Shown: in pieces, positions 27,066 through 41,571 of the stretch
How the letters are laid out: every line of letters starts with the position of its first letter
Position numbering within the stretch: position 1 is the first letter of the stretch
From: the human T2T-CHM13v2.0 reference genome, Homo sapiens
NCBI RefSeq assembly: GCF_009914755.1
Contig: NC_060925.1
DNA: 64,000 bases
Reading direction: 5' to 3' (one strand)
Position numbers and translations under genes: made by a program
Notes under the pieces: generated by a model
What the model saw: only the letters and a program-made list of their open reading frames with translations
Told to the model about the DNA's origin: nothing
Database searches by the model: none

Positions 27066-30004
27066 GTTACAATGAAGTCAAGGCAAAGGTAACTAGAAAG
27101 CAAGCACTCACTGAGACCATTTTGTTGGATCGACACTCCTCTTGAGGGCCCCCAATCCTTTCCCATGCAATTTTCTTCCTCTGGTTCCTAAATCTGATGG
27201 TCAACATATCCTTTGTGAGAGATCACCTTTACTATTATTTTAATAGAGTTATAATTGTGTACAAAAATTATTATTGAATATGTAATGTACAGAGAGCTCT
27301 GAAATTCAACTTGGTGTTCCATAAAGTCTCATCAATGCTTCCAAAACTCACAAAAGCAACCACACATTGATAAATACCAGGATGACAGACTGTGTATTTA
27401 AAACTATTTTAATTTTCTGGGCACTCATCTTACTACCTTATTGGTGTCATAAGACGCTGAAATGTTAGAGTTGCAAGAAGGAAATAATCTGAGTCTCTGA
27501 GTCACTGTGTCCCAGAAAGGCAGCAGCACAGGAATGCCACCCGACCTACATCAGACACTGATTTGAACAAGAAATAACTCTTTGCTCTGTTAAGTCACTG
27601 ACATTTTTTTTCCCCTCGCAGCATAGCCTAACATGACCCTGACTAAATCACAAGCACACCAACTTAGCAGAGGTAACCAGTTGGCCTACAAATGCCAATC
27701 CGTTAAGTCATTGCAAGCATCACAGATGCTTAAATAACAAATTCCCCTAGGATATAACACATAATTTGATTCACAAAAACTTGGTTTTCACATGGCACAT
27801 CTGGTTTTCAGGAATACATTTGTGTAAATTGAGTTACCTCTATATTGTATTTGCATCTGAGGAACTGGAAAGACAAGACTCATTGCAAGTTAAATAAAAA
27901 GTGCCTAGGTCTTTCTTGATTTGCTTTCCAAGCTTCTGTGATAACATATGTAAACACTCTGTAAGTAATTAGATTCTAAATTCTTCTTTGCTATAATGAT
28001 CCAGGTGGCATCCAAATAATTTTTTAAAAAAGCATTTTTCTCCATAAGGTTATGGTATATGATTTTTTTTCTTTTTTAATTAAACCTCTGCAAAGTGAAT
28101 AATGTACCTGATTTAGAAGTTCAAATCTTTCCAGAACCCCTCAACTCAGCTAAGAAAGCTGGTCTAGCTGATTCAGGCGATTCTTTCACCTTATAAAATA
28201 CTGTCCCCAATGAATCCTTTATAGCCACTCAGAGCCGACATACAGTCAATTATTAAGGTTTCCACCTGTATTGCTCAGTCTGCACTTTCCACCTTACCAC
28301 TGCCCTTATTAATCTGCTCAGTAACCACTTTGCTATTTTTGATGCTGGGGTAGAGATTGTTCAGGTGTTTGCTTGGATTTTCTTTGTTTGCTTAACATTG
28401 CAGAAGAAAACAGAAATGGTAGCAGTAGGCTAATGTTTGGCTTAGCCACTTAGCCCAGATGTTGAAGAGAAGGTCGCTGGGGTATGTCCTGCATCATGAA
28501 CCTCTTATTGAAAGTACTTTCTACTTCATTGATAAAATGACAGGATTTATTAACCAGAATTTATCTCTACTGGTTCTTTTATCACCGGCAGTAAGTTTAC
28601 AGAACAGCCTCACTGTCCCAAATATTTGTTAAAGGCTTAAACAGTTTCAAATGTGTGCTCCTTTATTTAATTTACAGCTGTTTCTGAAAAGGCAGCATTC
28701 AGTGTTAGATGAAACAACTTATGCCTCCTGTCATATTTCACATTTTGTTTTATGCTTTAGTGGATTTCATGGCGATCTCTTTTCAACCAATAAAATTTGT
28801 TTCAGGGAAGAAGATACATTTTCTTTAAATAGTCAGACTACAGAAAGAGTCCTATCTCATGAAAACTTTTCACAGGACTATGTATCAACAGCAGGCCCTG
28901 CAGAGCTTTACAAATAGTTGGGCCTTTTAATTCTCATAGAGGTCAGTTTCATTTTCTCGTGGTCATATTCCACAAAAGCAACTGGAGTAGAATGGGAGGC
29001 ATGCTTGACCTGGCCTCAGTTTACTTCAGTCTAAATCCTGACTCCCACTTGACAACTATAACTTTGAAAAAATCCCTTCATTTCTCTAAGCCCATCATCC
29101 TCATTTGTCAGGTGGGGTTAGTAACAGTTGTCCACAGGATTATTTTAACAAGTCAAAACAGTGCCCATGTAAAGTGCCTCACACTGACCTGGCCCAAAGT
29201 AAGCAACCAAGATATGCAATTAGAATCACCAGGGCATATGCAATTCATCTTACATGAGATTACATGAGTTAACAGTTTACAAGGAGTCCTCTCAAGTGAA
29301 GTGATATGGAGAACTCCAGGCATTTCTCCAGATGTTCCTGGCCATTTAAGATTTCCCTGATTTATACTGCTAACCCTTCATTCTACCTCCAATGCTTACC
29401 TCTCAGTAAGACAGATCTCGCAGTTCAACTTGTTAATTTTTATGTTTTTCTCCCCACTAAGGAATAACCCTGTGGATTCCCCACCAGAGTTGTGTTTTCT
29501 GTCTTTCTCCACCACTTCTTCCTCACTCAGTGCCAACAGAGCACAAGAGGCATGAGGCAATAACTTGATTTTAACTCAGAGATGAAAATATTTGGGACTG
29601 AGGTAAGGATGGCATTAATCTACTTACTTTTCCCAAGAGACTTTACTTGGAGGAACCTGTCTTTGGAATGCAAGGGAATCTCCTCCAAACATTCCCTGTA
29701 AGAACCCATTTGCTGCCAAGTTCAGGGTCTAAAAGGAACCCTCAGGTTTAGGGGCTAAATCACAGAGTAACACTGAGTCCTCCTCCTTTTAATCTACAGT
29801 CAAACCCTTCTTGGGCAGAAAGCACTTTGAAATAGAAAACAAGAGTCTTTAGTCTAATCTATACATACATAATACACAACCTCCCAAGCCAATGAGTGCC
29901 TGTGGGATGAGGAACAGACCAGTGGCAAGTCTCATCTAAATCATCTTGAATAACTCTTATGTTCTCTCCTTCTCACAATTCTTTGTTATCTAGCAGATGA
30001 CTAA

Positions 30005-30260
30005 AACCCACAGTTAAAAAATATATTTGACATTGCAACCCACTATTTACATACGCATACACACACACACACACATATGCACAAACACACACAACTATCA
30101 AAAATGTAATGTAATGCAATAATTCTTACCCTTACTATATACAATGCACTTTATTTTCTACTCTATTACATTCTGCTTCATTTTTTAATGCTGGTCATGA
30201 CCTATCAAACCAATTTTATGACTCACTAATGGGTCACAGTCTGTCATTTTACAAACACTG
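30005..30260. mobile_element. hAT-Charlie type DNA transposon fragment (MER119-like) with internal (CA)n
   Basis: aatgctggtcatgacc...tgactcactaatgggtcacag...aaacactg terminus. Confidence 0.5.
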
Positions 30261-31194
30261 ATCCAGGTATTTAATAAGGAGCTACTAGCCTAGAAAAGAA
30301 GTAAATGAAATTCATCTTTTAAAGTACATGGAAACCATACATTTTGTTAAAATTACACAGACTGTTCTGGGAAGATAGACCAGATGTACTTTAACTTATT
30401 TCTCCCACTAAATACAACTGCAATCCTGGAAACTGAAATATAACAAAAACATAACAAGACTCTAAAAGGTGAAGAGAAGAAGGCACACTGGATAGGGACC
30501 TCAAGGACCAAGGCACTCTGAGCTAGTGAGATCTCTGGGTTTTCTTTTTGCCTTCTATATGTCAGACCTGGAGCTGAAAAATCCAGAAACCTAGAAATGC
30601 CAATGACAGCAGAAAAAAATCAGTTCTCTAAAGGACTGAGAAAAAAAGAGAAAGCCTAACAAGGCAGAAAGCTTAGACAATAACCATTCTATATCAGACA
30701 AATACAACAATTAAAACTGTGCCTCACCCACTCCCATGCCAGCAAAGGCCAAGTGAAAAGCCTAGACAGGGGTTTAACAAGGCACCCTAAGCCCCACACC
30801 CAAGGCAGTAATGTCAGAGAAGGCTGAGTAAGGGGCTGGGACTTCCATTCCGGTTAGTTGGAATAAATTCCACCCACCCCTGTCCACAGCATCAATGGAG
30901 ACACTGTAAGGAGTCTGGCTTCCACTTCCACCCAACAGTACCAAAAAACTCCCCTTCCCCACTGGTGAGGTGTCAGAGGAGGCCTACTGGAGAGTCAGGA
31001 CTTTCACCACTTCCCAGTGGTAACAAGGCTACCCCCAATGTGGTGTCAGTCGAGGTCATGTGAGGAGCAGCAATGAAGAACTTCTATTTTTTATAGCTGG
31101 GGAGGTATTAGAGGAAAGACAGAACTGTACTCCTCCCCTGAGCTGAGCATTAACAGAGAGCCTCCCCTTCAGATGTCAATGGAGATCAAGTGGG

Positions 31195-31558
31195 TGTATT
31201 AGTCCATTTTCACACTGCTATAAAGAACTACTCTAGACTGTAATTTATAAAGAAAAGAGGTTGAATTGACTCATAGTTCTGCATGACTAGAGAGGCCTCA
31301 GGAAACTTACAATCATGGCAGAAGGTGAAGGGGAAGCAAGCATGTCTATGTGGTGGTAAGAAAGAGAGAGAGAGAAGGGGGAAGCACCACACACTTATCA
31401 AACAACCATATCTCATGAGAACTCCATCATGAGAATGGCAAGGGGGAAGTCCACCCCCTACGACTTAATCACCTCCCACCAGGCCACTCACCCAATTTGA
31501 CATGGGGATTGCAATTCAACATGAGATTTGGGTGGGGACACAGAGCCAGACTGTATCA
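31195..31558 (-). mobile_element. THE1C/D-like MaLR solo LTR
   Basis: 364 bp tgtattagtccatttt...gagatttgggtggggacacagagccagactgtatca; TSD GTGGG / GTGGA. Confidence 0.92.
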
Positions 31559-31945
31559 GTGGAGAATCTGAATTTCTACCCCACATGGCAGTAATGGGTT
31601 GGTGAATCCCCTTCCTCTTCCAGAGAGGTGTAATAGGAAACCAATTAAAGCTAACATTTAAATAGGATGTAGATCATCATAATACCAAAAAGGTCCAGAT
31701 TTAACTCAAAAATAACTCATCATACCAAGAAATAGCAAGATTTCAAACTGAATGAAAAAAGAATAGATGCCATCGAGATGACAGAGATGTTATAATTATC
31801 AGACAAAGACTTTTAAAGCAGTCATCATCAAAATGTTTCAACTGTCAATTACAAATATGCTTGAGGCAAATGAAAAAATAGAAATTTGAAACAAGAAATA
31901 GAAAGTCTCAGCAAATAAATAAAAGACACAAAGAAGAACAAAAAT

Positions 31946-32403
<458 letters not shown>

Positions 32404-35400
32404 TCAGGGAACTGTGGACTATAACAAAATATCTCATATTCATGTGATTGCAGTCCAAGAAATAGAGGAAAAAGACTACAGGACTAAAAAATATACAGAG
32501 AATAACAGCTGAAATGTTGACAAATTATGCAAAAGGTATAAACCTGCAGATTAAAGAAGCTAAGTAATACACCATGACTTAGCTAAATCAAAAGTGTGAT
32601 TTATCCAGGAATGAAAGAATGGTTCAACGTAAGTGAATCAATCAATGAAATATACCACATCAACAGAACAAAAGAGCTGGAAAGGCAGGGGAAATACATG
32701 ATTATCTCAATAGATGTAGAAAAAAAATTTGACACAATCGAATACACTTTCATGATAAAAATACTAAAAAAATACTAGCTATTACCAAACAATGTGGGAA
32801 TCACATTCTCCATCCTCATTTAGTCCAAGAGATCAACACAGAAAAAACATTTTGTTTTTATACACCAACAATAAATAATCCAAACAGGAAATCAATAAAT
32901 CAATTCCATTACAATAGCATTCAAAATAATAAAATGCCTAGAAAGACTTTTACACTGAAAACTACAAAACATTGCTGAAGTAAATTAAATACCTACATAA
33001 ATAGAAAGACATCTCATGTTCATATTGCTCAACACAATTTCTACCAAAATTTCAAAAGCTTTCTTACACAAATGGAAAAGCCATTCTTCAAATTCATATG
33101 GAATTGCAAGAGTCCCTGGATAGCCAAACACTCTTGGTCTTGAAAAAGAAACGTGTTAGAGTACTCACATTTCTCCATTTTAAAATTTACTACAAAACTA
33201 TAGTAATCAAAACAATATGGTACTAGCATAAAGATACACATATACACCGTGAAGTAGAACACAGAGTCCAGAAATAAACCAGATGTATAAATTATTTATA
33301 CATCTGTAAGTAATTTATTTTGAGAAGGGTGCCAAAACCATTTATTGGGGAAAGAATGGTCTCTTCAACAAATGGTGGTGGAACAAGTTGATTTCTATAT
33401 GTCAAAGAATAAAGTTTCACCCCCACCTCACACCATATACAAAAATTAACTTGAAATGGATGAACAACCTAAATATAAGAGCTAAAGCCAGAAAATTCTT
33501 AGACAGAAACATGGGGATAAATCTTCATGACCTTGGATTTGGCATGACACTAAAAGTATGTACAACAAAAGAAAAAAATCAATAAATTGTTCTTCAACAA
33601 AATTTTTAAAATTGTAAACATCAAAGAATATTATGAGGAAAGCTTTTAAAAGTGTAACCTTTTACAGACTTGGAGAAAATATTGGTGAATCACATATCCA
33701 ATAAAGGTTTAATATCCAGAATATATAAAGAACTTCTGCAACTCAACAGCAAAAAGACAAACAACTCAATTTTAAAATGGGCAAAGGGCTTGAATAGAGA
33801 TTTCTCCAAAGTAGATATATAAATGGCCAATAAGCAAATAAAAAGATGTTCAACTTCATTAGTCATTAGGGAAACTCAAATCAAAACCACAATGATATAC
33901 TAATTCACATCTACTAGGATGGCTATAATTTTTTAAAAGTGTTGGTGAGGTGGTGGTAAAATTGCAACCCTCATATATTGCCTGTGGGAATGTAAAGTGC
34001 TGTGGCCACTGCGCAAAACAGTTTGGTAGCTCCTAAATAGTTAAATATAGAATTATCATATGACTCAGCAATTCCACTCTTAGACATATACCGAAAAGAA
34101 TTGAAAGCAGGGATTCAAATAGACATGTGAATACCAGTGTTCATAGCAACGTTATCCACAATAATCAAAAGTGTCCCAAGTGCTCATCAACAGATGAATG
34201 GATAAACAAAATGTGATATACACATAATACAATGAAACATTATTCAGCCAAAAAATGAATATATTATTGGTATATGCTACAAGACTGATGTGCTTTGAAA
34301 ATGTTATGCTAAGTGAAGTGAAGTAAGCCAGACATAAAAGGACAAATACTGCATTATTTGATCTGTATGAAATATCCAGAGTAGACAAACTCATAGAGAC
34401 AGAAGGTAAATTCCAGGATACCAGAGGCTGGGATAAGCGGGAAATGGGGAGTTATTGCTTAATGGGTACAGAGTTTCTGTTTAGGGTGATAACAAGTTTT
34501 GGAAATATTTAGTGGTGCTGGTTGTACAACATTGTGAATGTAGTGCATGCCACTGGACTGCACACTTTAAAAGGCTAAAATAGCAAATTTTATGTTATAT
34601 ACATTTTTACCACAATAAAAAGTATTTTTTTAAAAAAACTAATGGGTCATGCCAAAGAACAATAAAACTAACTTAAAGAGACTCCCACTGGCTTACATTG
34701 GGGCTAATTGATAATTAAAAAGAATAACAGCTATATTTAGCTGAAACACATCAAGCATACGAAAACCCATGACTTGAACCTGATACTCTTTAAAAATGAC
34801 CACATTTAGGCATTTCTAGGGCAAAACTTATTACTCTGGATATGGTAAATAATGGAAAATAATTAAGCAATTATCCTGCTTTTTTCCCAGTAGAAACTAT
34901 ATGCAGAAAATCAGTGATTAATTACAACTGGTCCTTCTTTACATAATTCCAGTTAATAGATACAAAGGTAATAATTGGATTAGAAAATTTCCATTCTGCA
35001 GTCCCTAATGAGATAATGGATCATCAATTGATGTACAACCTATTAGGGTGAAAAATTAATGGAGACTATTATAAAAGGGGGGTCCATTTGATACCATTGA
35101 TCAATCTTAGCATCACTAAAAATGGAACACCCACACATTATGTGTCTCATTATATGATCCAATAAGAAGTATACAGCACCATCTATGAATGATTTTTACC
35201 CTAAAAACTGAACTTGAATTTAATCAAACAGATTGGAAAAAAAGAACTGCTCCTATTTGTAGGTGATATAATTATCTTTATCGGAAATCCCAAGATATAT
35301 ACCAAAAAATATTTTAATTCCCAGAACCAGTAAGTGACTTAAGCAAGGTTACAAGATTTCTTACAGATAAACATACAAAATCGTTTCTCTATATGAGCAG

Positions 35401-37174
35401 TGAATATGTAGACACCAAAATTTTAAAAGTACTATTTACAATCATTCAAAAAAATCTAACAAAACATGTAGCAGATTTATACATTAAAAACTGCAAAATG
35501 CTGATAAAAGAAATGAAAGATCTAAATAAATGGAGATAACATATTATGTTCTTGAAATTAAAGACTTAACATAGTAAAAATGCCAATTCTTCCTAAATTG
35601 ATATATAGGTTTAATGCAATTTCCATTAAAATCCAAGCAAAGTATTTTTTAGATATAGACAAGTTTATTGTACAATTTACATGGAAAAATAAAGGAACTA
35701 GAACAGTAAAAACAATTCAAATAAGAATAAAGTAGGAGGAATACTTCTACATGATTCTAAAACTTTGACTACAACTACAGTGATCAAGACTATGTGGCAT
35801 TGGTGGGGGAATAGAAATATAGGCCACTGGAATAGAAGACCCAGATATATACTCACACGAATATGCCCAACTTATTTTTATAAAGGTGCAAAGGCAATTC
35901 AATGAAGGAGAGATAGCCTTTTTAACAAATGTTGCTGGATCAATTAGACACCCATTGGCCTAAACAAATAACAACAAAAAGAACTTTGATGCAGGTCTCA
36001 CACTTTATACAAAATGTAACTCAAAATAGATCATAGACTGAAATGCAAAATGTAAAACTCCAAAGTTTTGAGAGTCTTTAGAAAACCACATAGGAACAGC
36101 TTCAGAATCTAGGGCTAGGAAAATCGTTCTTAGACTTGACACCAAAGCACAATATATAAAAGGAAAAATATCAAATTAAAAACTTGCCCTCTATAAAAGA
36201 TGCTGTTAAGAGAATGAAAAGACAAGCTAAGCTACATGCTGGGAGAAAATATGTGCAAACCACATATCCAGTGAAAAACTAGTACCTAGAATATATAAGG
36301 CACTCTTGATTCAACAGTGAAAACAAAAGATTGCAATTAGATAATGGGCAAAAGACATAAAAAGACATTTCATTAAAGAGGAACTGTAGATGACAAATAA
36401 ACATGTGAAAAGATGTTCAACATCCTTAGCCATTACAGAAATGCATACTAAAACCACAATGAGATCATTACACACATATCAGCATGACTAACATTAAAAA
36501 TAGTGATAACACCGAAAGCTGATGAGAATGTGGAGAAACTGGATCACCCATATATTGCTGATTGTAATATAAAATGGTGTAACCATTCTGGAAAATGGTT
36601 TGACTTCCTCAGAAAACTAAGCATGCATCTACTATCCAACCCAGGAATTGCACTCCTGGACATTTATCCCAGAGAAACAAAAACTTATGTTCATATGAAA
36701 ACCTACATAAATGTTTATAACAGTTTTATTTGCAATAACCCAAACTAGAAACAACCCAAATGTCTTTCAATAGGTGAATGGCTAAAGGAAGTGTGGTGAT
36801 ACATCCATCCCATGGAATGCTACTCAGCAATAAAAGAGAACAAGCCACTGGCAAATGCAATGACCTGTGTGAATCTTCAGAGAACTGTGCTGAGTGTTTG
36901 TCTATGTAACATCCTTGAAATGGAAATATTATAAAAATGGAAAAAGCAGATTAGTGGTTGCCAGGAATTCGGAAGGGAATGGGTGCAGGAGGTAGGTGGG
37001 ATCCTTGTGTTGATGGAAATGTTCCATCTTGACTGTATCAATGTCAACACTAATTGTGCTAACGCACTCTAGTTTTGGAAAATGTTACTATTAAGGAAAA
37101 CTGGGTAAAGGGTATAATAGATCTCCCTGCATTATTTCTCACAAGAGCATGTGAATTCATTTCAAAATACACTT

Positions 37175-37445
37175 GAGACCTGAATTCTTCAACTTCCATC
37201 CAAGGAACTTAGGCAATCACTTCACCTCCTTGGGCTTCAGTTTTCCTGCCTGTGGAGCAGAATGACAAAAGCTTACTCAAATGTTCACTTAATTTTGGTG
37301 TTATGTATAAATATAGAAAGTACAAAGAGATAAAAAAAATTTTACCAGTCTTTCTTAAGAGATTGTTTTGAAAAACACATGAGATAGAATATATGGAAGT
37401 ACTATGAAAACCACAAAGCATCATCCCATCATTAGTTATTATTCT
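37175..37445 (+). mobile_element. MIR SINE (diverged)
   Basis: acttaggcaatcacttcacctccttgggcttcagttttcctgcctgt core. Confidence 0.55.
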
Positions 37446-40400
37446 ATTCTTTCAGGCAAAAAAAGAGGGATGTCTGAATATATCCTGAAAGATACAAAAG
37501 TGAAATAAAATAATGGGGTTAAATTGTCTTGTGTCATCCTGTGAGAAACTGGCTGAAAGAATAACACTTAATATGGCTTTATTGCCTCTTGTCTCTACCT
37601 TTGTACAACGTATAGCTTTCTGAGGTTGGAAAGAATCCCTTACACACCAAGGCTGTACGGTCTGGGAGTCTCCCATAGCCACAGAGTAGGGAGGAGAACC
37701 AGTACTATATATCACAAAAAGCAATGCCCCAAAAGCTAACCATATGAGTCAGTTCCATTCTTAAGACATACTCTGTTAAAAAATCCAAAATAATATATTA
37801 TAGTTTGGGGATAAGACAGAGCAGAAATAACCGAATAAGAGCTGAGAATATCAAGTCATCCAATGAATACTGGCAACCTATGTGATAAGCCCTAGAATAC
37901 CACCAAGAAAGCATTTTCGCAAGGCTAACCACAAAGCCAAAAAGAATACGAGACAGAGAAATAAAGGTAGAAAAGTAAAGGGAAAGGTAACTTAGAAACA
38001 GCAGTCTTGGAGAGTTATAGGTTCTCACTGAGATGTGGCATTTGGGGAAACGGATAATCCAACACCACCAGATAAGAAATTAATCTCCCACCCATTATAA
38101 AAACACACAGCAGCTGCCGCTGAGAGGTATATTTATAAACCCTTAATTTCAGAGATATGAAGCAGTCTTCTCTGTCAAAGGCAGAGAAGATAGGGGCTTC
38201 TATTTTCTAGGGTACCTGAAGTAAAAGAAGGAAGAGGAAACAGGCCTTAGGACACTTGAGAGGCAGAAATGATGGAAAAAGCCACTGACCATCATTGAAA
38301 AAGATACGAGGTCTTCCTGAGCCCAGGGCTTCACCATTTCTAGACAATCAAAGACAGGGCTTCATGCAAAACAAACAAAAACTAACAAGAAAACAAGAAC
38401 TGGGGCAAACTGGTAGATAATTGGGCACAAAACAAATCTGTCTCGGTTGTGCACATTAATTATTTAAATAATATCCATGGTTCCTCACTTGCTGACATGT
38501 ATAAGTAAAGACACGGCCAACCTAGTACACTTGCAGAACTTTCAGCACTTCAGAGAAGCACCTTACTAAAAGGAAATGCAATACTTTTCTAAGGATAAAT
38601 TATGATTTTTCAGCAAAGGGCATAATTTAGCAAATGGTCCATTCTAGGACACAAGAGTATGTTCCAAACACCTGGAAAAGAGCCAGCGCAACTCACAGAG
38701 AAAAAAAAAAGTTTACCACCAGAGGGAGAATTGTTCTTAATTAAGTTTAGTTCAATTCAAATTCACATATTGCTAACACTTCACTGGAAACATATGAAAA
38801 AGAAATAACTTTAAAACTGTGCCTAAAATCAACAAGCTTATAATCAAGAACAAGCCAAAGAGCCCTATGTGCAGATAACAATTAATCTATAGATTTCAAT
38901 TTCTAAAAGACGGTTCAGTGAGTAACAATATGTGTTTATATGTACATATATATTTACACAGAGCACTTGAAAATGGCATTTTCCTTTTTGATCCAAATCT
39001 ATTCATTTAATAAACTCACAAAAAGCCCTGCTACATGGTCAATAGTGTGCTGAACATAGTTGCAAAGGTGACTATGGCATAGCCAAATATAAGACAGAAA
39101 TGGATGATAAATAATTATAAAATAGTGAGCTATTTCGGGATGACAGTAACCACAAGACAGAGTTATTGAAGAAGATGGGTGATTAAATTGTCTGGCTGGT
39201 GGAGAAGGAGCAGTGGAAAATGGAGTGGTCATTGGAGGGTGGTAGTCAAAAGTCAATGGTCTCTCTCTAGTTGTGACATATAACTGGCTTAAAGTGGAAG
39301 GAGGAATTGGACAGTCAGGAACTCAGTAAATGATTTTTTCTGGAAAAAAATCCCAAATAAGGATTATATTTGTTTCTCTGGTATCGCCTGGCTATATTTG
39401 ATTTACTTCCCTAAAATATAAGAGCAACATTTGACCAGCTTCCTTCATGGGGCTCTTTATACTGAGTTTGTTGACAGTCATGGTACTTTTTTCTCTGTGA
39501 TTTTCTGCCTCCAGTTTTTCTTGACATAGTGTATATCTGAGAGTAATTGCAAGAAAATATGTAATCATCTTTATTCAGGCCATGATACATCTGATTTCTG
39601 GTCTTTTATCTGTTTCCTTTCAGTTTGGTACCAACCACAAATACCAGTGACTCTGAAGCAAACAAGGACTGTATGGAGACGGTTGTTGGACATGCTCTTC
39701 TTGCAAGGCCTAAACTTTCTTTCCTATTTCTGGCCTGAAATATGATTCTACCTCCATTTACTTTCTCTTGTTGTATTTCCCAAGACAACTAAGACAGGAT
39801 ACTAAAACTTGATTTTAAAGCAATCTTCATTACGCAATCTACAATGGAAATTTCATATTAGAAACCAGGGGAATTTATCTGTAGCCAGAAGGCCTTTTAG
39901 TTTAGAGTGAGGCAAGAGTAAAATCAGAGCCACTGGCTGAAAGTCCCAAGCCCACAATTTTCTCCTTTATTCACATTTTCCATTATGCACTTGGAGACAT
40001 GCCCATGCACTGATGAACAATTGTATTCTGCATTTTGCATTCTGCTTTGTTTGTGGAGACCTGGAGAGATTTGTGGACTCTTGGATAAATTATGTGAGGG
40101 GATGTGACTATTCTTTACTGTTCTGGGTGATGAGAGTCGGAAGCCCATGGACATGCAGAGAAATTATTTTCAGAAAATGAGCAGTGGTGGCAAATCATGT
40201 GATGAACTCTGGGAACAGAAATAAATTATGGTCTGAAACAGCTTGGACATTCGTTATTCCTGATGGAGCTGTGCCCTCATTTGGGTTTGGAGATTGTTGT
40301 GATGTATGTACCTCTAGCAAAAAATTTCTCAACCCTTTGTTACAAAATGAACTCATGAGTTGAAGGTAAGGTACGAGCTACTGATCATCCTAAATTTGAG

Positions 40401-40676
40401 AAGTTGCTTTCCTTTCTCCTATTTACAGTGTGTTGGAAAAGGGTCCTGAAAATTAACCCCTTCATTAATACATTGAGCCATAGGAAACTCTGCTTTAGAC
40501 TTGGTCACATGAATTTGAACGTTCTTCCTCTCAACTTAAAAAGCCAGTTAGACATAAAAATTTTTCCCAAGGATAATTTGAAGGGCTCTTATTTTAAAAG
40601 ACACAGTAGGAACATCAGATCCCATTTTGCACTGCATAAAGCCATTAAAAATTGAGCATTTCAAGTGGTATATTCT

Positions 40677-41571
40677 AAGATGGCCAAATAGGAACAGCTC
40701 CGGTCTACAGCTCCCAGCGTGAGCGACGCAGAAGACGGGTGATTTCTGCATTTCCATCTGAGGTACCGGGTTCATCTCACTAGGGAGTGCCAGACAGTGG
40801 GCGCAGGTCAGTGGGTGCACGCACCGTGAGCGAGCCGAAGCAGGGCGAGGCATTGCCTCACTTGGGAAGCGCAAGGGGTCAGGGAGTTCCCTTTCTGAGT
40901 CAAAGAAAGGGGTGACGGACGGCACCTGGAAAATCGGGTCACTCCCACCCGAATGCTGCGCTTTTCCGACGGGCTTAAAAAACGGTGCACCACGAGATTA
41001 TATCCCGCACCTGGCAAGGAGGGTCCTATGCCCACGGAGTCTCCCTGATTGCTAGCACAGCAGTCTGAGATCAAACTGCAAGGCGGCAGCGAGGCTGGGG
41101 GAGGGGCGCCCACCATTGCCCAGGCTCCCTGAGGTAAACAAAGCAGCCAGGAAGCTCGAACTGGGTGGAGCCCACCACAGCTCAAGGAGGCCTGCCTGCC
41201 TCTGTAGGCTCCACCTCTGGGGGCAGGGAACAGACAAACAAAAAGACAGCAGTAACCTCTGCAGACTTAAATGTCCCTGTCTGACAGCTTTGAAGAGAGC
41301 AGTGGTTCTCCCACCACGCAGCTGGAGATCTGAGAAAGGGCAGACTGCCTCCTCAAGTGGGTCCCTGACCCCTGAACCCCGAGCAGCCTAACTGGGAGGC
41401 ACCCCCCAGCAGGGGCACACTGACACCTCACACGGCAGGGTACTCCAACAGACCTGCAGCTGAGGGTCCTCTCTGTTAGAAGGAAAACTAACAAACAGAA
41501 AGGACATCCACACCAAAAACCCATCTGTACATCACCATCATCAAAGACCAAAAGTAGATAAAACCACAAAG
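40677..41571. promoter_or_regulatory. L1 5' UTR: internal sense promoter and antisense promoter, CpG-rich
   Basis: YY1 core AAGATGGCC at 40677-40685; many retained CpGs to ~41160; length matches young L1PA 5' UTRs. Confidence 0.85.
40808..41116 (-). CDS. L1 ORF0, C-terminally extended (102 aa)
   Basis: ATG at 41116; MVGAPPPASLPPCSLISDCCASNQ...RVGVTRFSRC matches ORF0; donors CCAG|gtgcgg (41011/41010) and CCAG|gtgccg (40926/40925) intact. Confidence 0.7.
   Translation of the reverse strand: MVGAPPPASLPPCSLISDCCASNQGDSVGIGPSLPGAGYNLVVHRFLSPSEKRSIRVGVTRFSRCRPSPLSLTQKGNSLTPCASQVRQCLALLRLAHGACTH

Noticed and set aside
39606-40430. Plus-strand splice-like signals (acceptors near 39623 and 40428, donor near 40365)
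   Set aside because: Could not be paired into plausible exons
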